Source: Pseudomonas aeruginosa (GTDB taxonomy: Bacteria; Pseudomonadota; Gammaproteobacteria; Pseudomonadales; Pseudomonadaceae). From it: a DNA stretch of 32,000 bases. Positions 7,616 through 17,203 of this stretch are shown one piece after another. The first letter of the stretch is position 1. Every line of letters starts with the position of its first letter. The stretch lies in the NCBI RefSeq assembly GCF_001457615.1, contig NZ_LN831024.1:3870001-3902000 (forward strand), in the 5' to 3' direction. Under the pieces are notes generated by a model. The model saw nothing but the letters and a program-made list of their open reading frames with translations. It had not been told where the DNA came from and ran no database searches. Made by a program: the position numbers and the translations under genes.

Positions 7616-7629
7616 TTTTGTACACAATT
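7616..7629. promoter_or_regulatory. Operator-like dyad TTTTGTACACAATT downstream of the gcl -10
   Basis: The TTGT-N2-ACAA symmetry has the same arms as TTTGTATACAAA at 2496-2507. Its position would overlap the predicted transcription start. Confidence 0.35.
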
Positions 7630-7653
7630 AGTATAAGAACGAGGAACAAAACG

Positions 7654-9429
<1,776 letters not shown>

Positions 9430-9524
9430 TCGCCGGCCTTTCCCGGAGGCGCGGACGGTGCGTGCGGCACCCCGCCCCCGGCGAAAGGCCTCCCGAACGT
9501 TTGACCGAACGATAGGAGCAAGAC

Positions 9525-10307
<783 letters not shown>

Positions 10308-10381
10308 TCCGCACCCACGAACAAGACGCTCCCGCCTCCCTGCGCGGAGCCACTCGACAGACAGAACCAGGAGACACTCTC

Positions 10382-11272
10382 ATGGCCAAGATCGGATTCA
10401 TCGGCACCGGAATCATGGGCAAGCCCATGGCGCAGAACCTGCAGAAGGCCGGCCACAGCCTGTTCCTTTCCACCCACCACGACGCCGCTCCGGCCGACCT
10501 GCTGGAGGCCGGCGCCATTGCCCTGGCCAACCCGAAGGAAGTGGCCCAGGAAGCCGAGTTCATCATCGTCATGGTGCCGGACACCCCGCAGGTCGAGGAT
10601 GTGCTGTTCCGCAAGGACGGTATCGCCGAGGGCGTCGGCCCGAACAAGGTGGTGATCGACATGAGTTCGATCTCCCCCACCGCCACCAAGGGCTTCGCCG
10701 AGAAGATCAAGGCTACCGGCGCGCAGTACCTGGACGCCCCGGTCTCCGGCGGCGAGGTCGGCGCCAAGGCGGCGACCCTGAGCATCATGGTCGGCGGCTG
10801 CCCGAACACCTTCGAACGCGCCTTGCCGCTGTTCCAGGCGATGGGCAAGAACATCACCCGCGTCGGCGGCAACGGCGACGGCCAGACCGCCAAGGTGGCC
10901 AACCAGATCATCGTCGCGCTGAACATCCAGGCGGTCGCCGAGGCCCTGCTGTTCGCCGCCCGCAACGGCGCCGATCCGGCCAAGGTGCGCGAGGCGCTGA
11001 TGGGTGGCTTCGCCTCCTCGCGGATCCTCGAGGTGCACGGCGAACGCATGGTCAAGGGCACCTTCGACCCGGGCTTCCGCATCAGCCTGCACCAGAAGGA
11101 CCTCAACCTGGCCCTGGCCGGCGCCCGCGAGCTGAACCTGAACCTGCCCAACACCGCCAACGCCCAGCAGGTGTTCAGCACCTGCGCGGCCATCGGCGGC
11201 AGTAACTGGGACCACTCGGCGCTGATCAAGGGCCTGGAGCACATGGCCAACTTCTCGATCCGCGACGAGTGA
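10382..11272 (+). CDS. glxR: 2-hydroxy-3-oxopropionate (tartronate semialdehyde) reductase, 296 aa
   Basis: Rossmann motif IGFIGTGIMGKPMA, 3-hydroxyisobutyrate-dehydrogenase family. Operon context after gcl-hyi. AGGAG lies 8 nt upstream of the start. Confidence 0.92.
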   Translation: MAKIGFIGTGIMGKPMAQNLQKAGHSLFLSTHHDAAPADLLEAGAIALANPKEVAQEAEFIIVMVPDTPQVEDVLFRKDGIAEGVGPNKVVIDMSSISPTATKGFAEKIKATGAQYLDAPVSGGEVGAKAATLSIMVGGCPNTFERALPLFQAMGKNITRVGGNGDGQTAKVANQIIVALNIQAVAEALLFAARNGADPAKVREALMGGFASSRILEVHGERMVKGTFDPGFRISLHQKDLNLALAGARELNLNLPNTANAQQVFSTCAAIGGSNWDHSALIKGLEHMANFSIRDE

Positions 11273-11280
11273 TCCGCAGT

Positions 11281-11540
11281 CCGCGCGGGCCGTCACCCCG
11301 CGCGGAGCGACGAACCCCTTTTCGAAGGGCTCGGGGAGAGGAACGGTCGGCGAACTCCGGTGTTCGCCGCCGCCCTCTTCCTTCCCCGCCCACAAGGCGG
11401 GGTAAAGGAAGCGAACGCCCGGCCGGGAGATTCACGGCCTCTGCGTCCGGGCGCCTCGCTTCCATTCCCCAGTTCCCGCCGGCGCGGGTGCTGCGGAATG
11501 GAAGCGTCGACGACGCTGCGACCGCCGGTCCGACCGGCGG
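11281..11540. repeat. Cluster of GC-rich inverted repeats (REP-like) in the glxR-ttuD spacer
   Basis: Stems read directly: 11281-11289/11297-11305 (9 bp); 11349-11355/11362-11368 (7 bp); 11377-11390/11396-11411 (7+7 bp with a 2-nt bulge); 11457-11468/11495-11506 (12 bp perfect, enclosing CCCGC/GCGGG); 11522-11528/11534-11540 (7 bp). Left arms CTCTTCCTTCCCC and CGCTTCCATTCCCC resemble each other. Confidence 0.5.
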
Positions 11541-11568
11541 CACGACAACAAGAAATTCGGAGCCTGTC

Positions 11569-12834
11569 ATGAGTACCGATCCACGCGCCTTTCTCACCGA
11601 GCTGTTCAATACCGCGGTGGCAGCCGGCCATCCCTACCAGGTGCTGGCCGACCACCTGCCGGAAGATCGCAGCGGGCGCGCCATCGTCATCGGTGCCGGC
11701 AAGGCCGCCGGAGCCATGGCCGAAGTGGTGGAGAAGCACTGGCAGGGCGAGATCCAGGGCCTGGTAGTGGCGCCTTACCGCTACGGCGCGCAATGCAGTC
11801 GCATCGAGGTGGTGGAAGCCTCCCATCCGGTGCCCGACGACGCCGGCGAGCGCGTCGCGCGTCGCGTGCTGGAACTGATCAGCGGCCTGAACGAGAGCGA
11901 CCGGGTGATCTTCCTTCTCTCCGGCGGCGGCTCCGCACTGCTTTCGCTGCCTGCCGAAGGCATTGGCCTGGCGGACAAGCAGGCGGTGAACAAGGCGCTG
12001 CTCAAGTCCGGCGCCGCCATCGGCGAGATGAACTGCGTGCGCAAGCACCTCTCGGCGATCAAGGGCGGTCGCCTGGCCAAGGCCTGCTGGCCGGCCAGCG
12101 TCTATACCTACGCGATTTCCGACGTTCCCGGCGACGAGGCCACGGTGATCGCCTCCGGCCCCAGCGTCGGCGACCCGACCACCTCCGCCGACGCCCTGGC
12201 GATCCTCAGGCGCTACGCCATCGACGTACCGCAGAACGTCCTCGACTGGCTCGCCGACCCGCGTTCGGAAACCGTCAAGCCCGACGACCCGCGCCTGGCG
12301 CGCAGCCACTTCCAGTTGATCGCCACGCCACAGAACGCCCTCGACGCAGCAGCGGTGAAGTGCCGCGCGGCCGGCTTCTCGACGCTGATCCTCGGCGACC
12401 TGGAGGGCGAGGCGCGGGAAGTCGCCAAGGTCCACGCCGGCATCGCCCGGCAGATCCGCAAGCACGGCCAGCCGCTGGCGGCGCCCTGCGTGATCCTCTC
12501 CGGCGGCGAGACCACCGTCACCGTGCGCGGCAACGGTCGCGGCGGACGCAACGCCGAGTTCCTCCTCAGCCTCACCGCCGAGCTAAAGGGCGAACCGAAC
12601 ATCTGGGCCCTGGCCGGCGACACCGACGGCATCGACGGCTCGGAAGACAACGCCGGCGCGCTGATGACGCCCTGCTCCCATGCGCGCGGCGAAAAGGCCG
12701 GGCTGAAGATCCGCGACGAGCTCGACGACAACAACGGCTACGGCTATTTCCAGACCCTCGGCGACCTGCTGGTGACCGGACCGACCCGCACCAACGTGAA
12801 CGACTTCCGCGCCATTCTCATCCTCGAGTCCTGA
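11569..12834 (+). CDS. ttuD: Glycerate 2-kinase / hydroxypyruvate-reductase-like (DUF4147 + MOFRL family, TtuD type), 421 aa
   Basis: MSTDPRAFLTELFNTAVAAGHPYQ...VIGAGKAAGAMA...LLSGGGSALL...ILSGGETTV...GRGGRN is the TtuD/GckA pattern. GGAG lies 6 nt upstream of ATG 11569. Operon context supports the call. The GTG 11269 extension is rejected. Confidence 0.85.
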   Translation: MSTDPRAFLTELFNTAVAAGHPYQVLADHLPEDRSGRAIVIGAGKAAGAMAEVVEKHWQGEIQGLVVAPYRYGAQCSRIEVVEASHPVPDDAGERVARRVLELISGLNESDRVIFLLSGGGSALLSLPAEGIGLADKQAVNKALLKSGAAIGEMNCVRKHLSAIKGGRLAKACWPASVYTYAISDVPGDEATVIASGPSVGDPTTSADALAILRRYAIDVPQNVLDWLADPRSETVKPDDPRLARSHFQLIATPQNALDAAAVKCRAAGFSTLILGDLEGEAREVAKVHAGIARQIRKHGQPLAAPCVILSGGETTVTVRGNGRGGRNAEFLLSLTAELKGEPNIWALAGDTDGIDGSEDNAGALMTPCSHARGEKAGLKIRDELDDNNGYGYFQTLGDLLVTGPTRTNVNDFRAILILES

Positions 12835-12835
12835 C

Positions 12836-14269
12836 ATGACAGCCGACAAGAAAGCCAAGATCCTCGCCACCCTCGGCCCGGCCACCCGCAGCCGCGACGA
12901 TATCCGTGCCCTGGTGGAGGCCGGCGCCAACCTGTTCCGCCTGAACTTCAGCCACGGCGACTACGCCGATCACGCGCAGCGCTTCGCCTGGGTGCGCGAG
13001 GTGGAAGCGGAACTGAACTACCCGATCGGCGTGCTCATGGACCTGCAGGGTCCGAAGCTGCGGGTCGGCCGCTTCGCCGCCGGTGCCGTGCAATTGCAGC
13101 GCGGGCAGACCTTCACCCTCGACCTCAGCGACGTCCCCGGTGACGAGCGGCGGGTCAACCTGCCGCATCCGGAGATCATCCATGCCCTGGAGCCGGGCAT
13201 GAGCCTGCTGCTGGACGACGGCAAGATCCGCCTGAAAGTGGTCAACTGCCACAGCGACGCCATCGAGACCCGCGTGGCGGTGGGTGGCGAGCTGTCCGAT
13301 CGCAAGGGCGTCAACGTGCCGGAAGCGGTGCTGCAACTCAGCCCGCTGACCGACAAGGACCGCCGCGACCTGGCCTTCGGCCTGGAACTGGGGGTCGACT
13401 GGGTGGCGCTGTCCTTCGTGCAACGCCCGGAGGACATCGACGAGGCCCGTGGGCTGATCGGCGACAAGGCCTTCCTCATGGCCAAGATCGAGAAGCCCAG
13501 CGCGGTGAGCGCCATCGAGGCGATCGCCGAGCGCGCCGACGCGATCATGGTGGCGCGCGGCGACCTCGGCGTAGAGGTGCCGGCGGAGAGCGTGCCAGGC
13601 ATCCAGAAACGCATCGTCCAGGTCTGCCGCCAGCTCGGCAAGCCGGTGGTGGTGGCCACCCAGATGCTCGAGTCGATGCGCTTCTCCCCCGCCCCGACCC
13701 GCGCCGAGGTGACCGACGTAGCCACCGCGGTGGGCGCCGGCGCCGACGCGGTGATGCTTTCGGCGGAAACCGCTTCCGGACAATACCCTCGCGAGGCGGT
13801 AGAGATGATGGCGAAGATCGTCCGCCAGGTGGAGGCCGAGCCGGACTACCACGTCCAGCTCGAGGTCAACCGTCCGCAGCCCGACGCTACCGTCTCCGAT
13901 GCGATCAGCTGCGCGATCCGCCGGGTCAGCCGGATCCTCCCGGTGGCGGTGCTGGTGAACTACACCGAGTCGGGCAACTCGACCCTGCGCGCCGCCCGCG
14001 AGCGGCCCAAGGCGCCGATCCTCAGCCTGACCCCGAACCTGCGTACCGCGCGGCGACTGACCGTGGCCTGGGGCGTGTATTCGGTGGTCAACGAGCAACT
14101 GGCGCACGTCGACGAGATCTGCTCGACCGCCCTCGACATCGCCCTGGCCCAGCGCATGGCGCGCCGCGGCGACACCGTGGTGGTCACCGCCGGCGTGCCG
14201 TTCGGTCGCCCCGGCTCGACCAACATGCTGCGCATCGAGACCGTGGCGCCGCCGCTGGGAGATCTCTGA
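12836..14269 (+). CDS. pykF: Pyruvate kinase, 477 aa
   Basis: KILATLGPA, FRLNFSHG and MVARGDLGVE motifs are present. The ATG is 1 nt after the ttuD stop (TGAcATG). Confidence 0.93.
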   Translation: MTADKKAKILATLGPATRSRDDIRALVEAGANLFRLNFSHGDYADHAQRFAWVREVEAELNYPIGVLMDLQGPKLRVGRFAAGAVQLQRGQTFTLDLSDVPGDERRVNLPHPEIIHALEPGMSLLLDDGKIRLKVVNCHSDAIETRVAVGGELSDRKGVNVPEAVLQLSPLTDKDRRDLAFGLELGVDWVALSFVQRPEDIDEARGLIGDKAFLMAKIEKPSAVSAIEAIAERADAIMVARGDLGVEVPAESVPGIQKRIVQVCRQLGKPVVVATQMLESMRFSPAPTRAEVTDVATAVGAGADAVMLSAETASGQYPREAVEMMAKIVRQVEAEPDYHVQLEVNRPQPDATVSDAISCAIRRVSRILPVAVLVNYTESGNSTLRAARERPKAPILSLTPNLRTARRLTVAWGVYSVVNEQLAHVDEICSTALDIALAQRMARRGDTVVVTAGVPFGRPGSTNMLRIETVAPPLGDL

Positions 14270-14336
14270 AGCAACGAGTTCGGTCCGGCTCGCGCCGTCC
14301 CCCCGGGCATGCGGGTCGGGCCACCCTTGTCTCTCT

Positions 14337-14441
14337 CGGATGGATGGGGCCGGAAATACGGGGCCGCGTCTCCATCCATCCGGGAAAGACCTTCTTGTCG
14401 GACCATGGCCTCCCTCGCGCACTCCCATGCAGGCCATGGAC
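14337..14441. repeat. Two long inverted repeats in the pykF 3' region
   Basis: CGGATGGATGG (14337-14347) pairs with CCATCCATCCG (14372-14382), 11 bp perfect. CCATGGCC (14404-14411) pairs with GGCCATGG (14432-14439). Confidence 0.5.
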
Positions 14442-14448
14442 ATTCAAG

Positions 14449-14487
14449 GCCTCCGGTTCAACTCCTGCCGGAGGTCTTTTTTTCTTC
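14449..14487 (+). terminator. Rho-independent terminator of the gcl-pykF operon
   Basis: GCCTCCGG (14449-14456) pairs with CCGGAGG (14468-14474), followed by TCTTTTTTTCTTCTT. Confidence 0.7.
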
Positions 14488-14635
14488 TTGGAACGCCCTG
14501 CATGCATGACCCTCGCCTGGCCTTCTCGTCCGGGGTGCGTCGCCTCCGCGCCAGACCCTACAATGACCGCCCCCGCCCCTCGCGCAGGCCTGGCATCTCC
14601 GTGCCTGCCGAGCGGCCCTTGCCGCACTGACCGCC

Positions 14636-15550
14636 ATGCCCCTGCAATCTCTCCTCAATGCATCCCGAATCCTCCTGCGCGGCATCAGCCAGGTGTTCCT
14701 CCAGGGCGACCCACGCCTGGGCCTGGCCTGTCTGCTGGCGATCGCCGTCGGCGCGCCGCCGCTGCTCGCCGGCGCCCTCCTTGGCGGCGCCCTCGGCCCG
14801 TTGCTGGCGCGCCTGTTGCACTGCGCCGACAGCGACATCGAGGCCGGGCTGTACGGCTACAACGCCGTGCTGATCGGCATGCTGCTGGCATTCCGCTTCG
14901 CCTGGTCGCCGGGGCTGGTATCGCTGGTAGCGCTCGGCTGCCTGGCCAGCGTGGCGTTGCAGCGCCTGTTCCTGCATGGGCTGCGCCGACGCCGCTGGCT
15001 TCCGCCCTATACCCTGGGCTTCGTCCTCAACGGCTGGTGGCTGGTGCCCCTCGGCGCCTGGCTAGGCCTGGCCCCGGCGCCCCATGGCGGCTGCTTCAGC
15101 TGCGCCTGGAGCGGCACGGCGGAGCTGGCGGCGCTAGCGCAGGGGATCGGCGAGATCATCTTCCTTGGTGAACCGCTGGCAGGGCTGCTGGTCTGGCTCG
15201 GCCTGCTGCTGGTCTCGCGTCCCTCCGCCGCCTGGGCCCTCGCCGGCGCCGCGGCCAGCCTGCCGCTGGCCTGGCTGCTGGGCTACGACTGGGCGAGCGC
15301 GCTCGCCGGGTTCTACGGCCTGAACGCCGCCCTTGCCGGGCTGGCCCTGGCCTTGCGCTACCGCAGCGTCTGGCCGCCACTGCTCGGCATGGTCCTGGCG
15401 GTGGCGCTGCAACCGCTGTTCGGCCTGCTCGGCCTGCCGGCGCTGACCGCACCGTTCATCCTCGCCTGCCTGCTTTGCATCGGCGGCGAGCGCCTGTACC
15501 TGCGCCTGGCCGGCAGCCTCGGCGCGCGCCTCGGCCGGCGACGCTCCTGA
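14636..15550 (+). CDS. Urea-transporter (UT) family membrane protein, 304 aa
   Basis: N-terminal LRGISQVFLQ motif and a repetitive Gly/Ala/Leu-rich polytopic sequence are typical of UT-family proteins. No obvious Shine-Dalgarno sequence precedes the ATG. Confidence 0.75.
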   Translation: MPLQSLLNASRILLRGISQVFLQGDPRLGLACLLAIAVGAPPLLAGALLGGALGPLLARLLHCADSDIEAGLYGYNAVLIGMLLAFRFAWSPGLVSLVALGCLASVALQRLFLHGLRRRRWLPPYTLGFVLNGWWLVPLGAWLGLAPAPHGGCFSCAWSGTAELAALAQGIGEIIFLGEPLAGLLVWLGLLLVSRPSAAWALAGAAASLPLAWLLGYDWASALAGFYGLNAALAGLALALRYRSVWPPLLGMVLAVALQPLFGLLGLPALTAPFILACLLCIGGERLYLRLAGSLGARLGRRRS

Positions 15551-15615
15551 GCGGGGGAACGCTGGCGCCGGCGGGCTAGTCTGGTAAGGTGCCGCATCCA
15601 TCATCAGGAGCCACG

Positions 15616-16467
15616 ATGAGCGCACCCGACAGCTGGCGCGAACGCCTCTACATCGTCATCTTCCAGACCGACACCCGCGACGGCCGGCGCTTCGACAGCG
15701 CGCTGCTGCTGGTGATCCTGGCCAGCCTGCTGGTAGTGATGATCGACAGCATCGACGAAATCCACCAGGACTACGGCGACCTGCTGGCCTACATCGAATG
15801 GGGCTTCACCGGCATCTTCCTGGTGGAATACCTGCTGCGCCTGTACTGCTCGCCCAAGCCGCTGCGCTATGCCTTCAGCTTCTACGGCCTGGTCGACCTG
15901 CTGGCGATCCTCCCCGGCTTCCTCGCCCTGCTCTACCCCGACGCCCAGTACCTGCTGATCGTCCGGGTGATACGCATGCTGCGGATCTTCCGCGTGCTCA
16001 AGCTACGCCAGTACCTGAGCCAGGCCAATTTCCTGCTCACCGCCCTGCGCGGCAGCAAGCAGAAGATCATCGTGTTCTTCCTCACCGTGATGACCCTGGT
16101 CACCGTGTTCGGCGCGCTGATGTACGTGGTCGAAGGCCCGGAGCACGGTTTCACCAGCATCCCCCGCGGCATCTACTGGGCGATCGTCACCCTGACCACG
16201 GTCGGCTTCGGCGACATCACCCCGAAGACCCCGCTCGGCCAGGCCATCGCCAGCCTGGTGATGCTCACCGGCTACTCGATCATCGCGGTGCCCACCGGGA
16301 TCTTCACCGCCGAACTCGCCACCGCGATGCGCCAGGACCCGGCCAACCTGTTGCAGCGGGATTGCCCGGTGTGCCGCAAGGCGACCCACGAAGTGCAGGC
16401 GGCATTCTGCTGCCGCTGCGGCAACCCGTTGTTCCCTCGCGAGGAAGGCAGCCATGGGAAGTCTTGA
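15616..16467 (+). CDS. 6TM voltage-sensor-type K+ channel with C-terminal zinc-ribbon-like tail, 283 aa
   Basis: S4-like RVIRMLRIFRVLKLR has a basic residue every third position. The selectivity filter is TLTTVGFGD. The C-terminus reads CPVCRKATHEVQAAFCCRCGNPLF. AGGAG lies 5 nt upstream of ATG 15616, so the GTG 15589 start is rejected. Confidence 0.85.
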   Translation: MSAPDSWRERLYIVIFQTDTRDGRRFDSALLLVILASLLVVMIDSIDEIHQDYGDLLAYIEWGFTGIFLVEYLLRLYCSPKPLRYAFSFYGLVDLLAILPGFLALLYPDAQYLLIVRVIRMLRIFRVLKLRQYLSQANFLLTALRGSKQKIIVFFLTVMTLVTVFGALMYVVEGPEHGFTSIPRGIYWAIVTLTTVGFGDITPKTPLGQAIASLVMLTGYSIIAVPTGIFTAELATAMRQDPANLLQRDCPVCRKATHEVQAAFCCRCGNPLFPREEGSHGKS

Positions 16468-17080
16468 CCGGCAGCGCTGGGACGCCCTCTGGCAGCGACT
16501 CGGCGGCAACCCGCCGGCGGATGCCTTCGACGCGCTGCTGGCGGCCTATGGCGGGGCCGACCGGCACTACCACAGCGATCGCCACATCCTCGCCTGCCTG
16601 GAGCACTTCGACCGCTGGCGCCAACTGGCGCTGCGGCCGGACCTGGTGGAGCTGGCGTTGTGGACCCACGACCTGGTCTACGACACCCAGCGCCAGGACA
16701 ACGAGGCCGCCAGCGCCGCCAGCACCGAGCACTGGCTCGACCAGGCCGGGCTGGCGGCGCTGCGGCCGGCCCTGCGCGAACTGATCATGGCCACCTGTCA
16801 CCAGGCGCCGCCGGGAGACGCCGACGCAGCCCTGGTGGTGGATATCGACCTCGCCATCCTCGCCGCGCCGGCGCCGGTCTACGCACGCTACGAGGCGGAC
16901 GTCCGCGCCGAATACGCCTGGGTGCCGGAACCGCTGTTCCGCGCCGGGCGCGGCAAGTTGCTGCGCCAGTTGCTGGAGCAACCGGCGCTGTACCACTGCG
17001 AACCGCTGCGGCAACGCTGGGAGGCCGCCGCCCGCGCCAACCTGCGCGGTGCCCTGGAGCGCCTGGAACAGCCGGCCTGA
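16454..17080 (+). CDS. HD-superfamily hydrolase-like protein (COG4339-type), 208 aa
   Basis: YGGADRHYHSDRHILACLEHF ... LALWTHDLVYDTQRQDNEAASA matches the conserved H..H / HD pattern of this family. It overlaps the channel gene by 14 nt, with GAGGAAGG upstream of its start. Confidence 0.7.
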   Translation: MGSLDRQRWDALWQRLGGNPPADAFDALLAAYGGADRHYHSDRHILACLEHFDRWRQLALRPDLVELALWTHDLVYDTQRQDNEAASAASTEHWLDQAGLAALRPALRELIMATCHQAPPGDADAALVVDIDLAILAAPAPVYARYEADVRAEYAWVPEPLFRAGRGKLLRQLLEQPALYHCEPLRQRWEAAARANLRGALERLEQPA

Positions 17081-17203
17081 GCCGCACGGGAAAATTTCTT
17101 CGCGCCGCTTAACCCGTCTTTCGCCGCGCTTGCGTCTCAGGCAGCAGGAAGGGACCGCACGCATGGGTTCCTCGCCCCTCCATCCGCCCAAGGAAGAGAT
17201 ATC

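Noticed and set aside
7618-7653. Upstream alternative start (TTG 7618) for gcl, giving 603 aa.
   Set aside because: Gcl-like similarity starts at [10 protein letters not shown] (ATG 7654), which has a GAGGAA SD. The extension would run through the predicted operator and leader.
11269-11568. 100-codon N-terminal extension of ttuD from a GTG overlapping the glxR stop (521-aa ORF).
   Set aside because: The extension is Arg/Pro/Gly-rich and coincides with the stacked inverted repeats. It has no counterpart in TtuD/GckA N-termini. The internal ATG 11569 has its own GGAG and gives the expected ~420-aa protein.
14290-14635. Possible guanidine/urea-type riboswitch (aptamer plus terminator) in front of the urea-transporter-family gene.
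   Set aside because: I could not find the conserved ykkC (GGGUUCCG ... GGUCCGAGAG ... AAAGCCCGGGAGA), mini-ykkC (paired ACGR loops) or ykkC-III signatures in the correct order on the plus strand. The terminator is more simply explained as the end of the pykF operon. A cmscan against Rfam would settle it.
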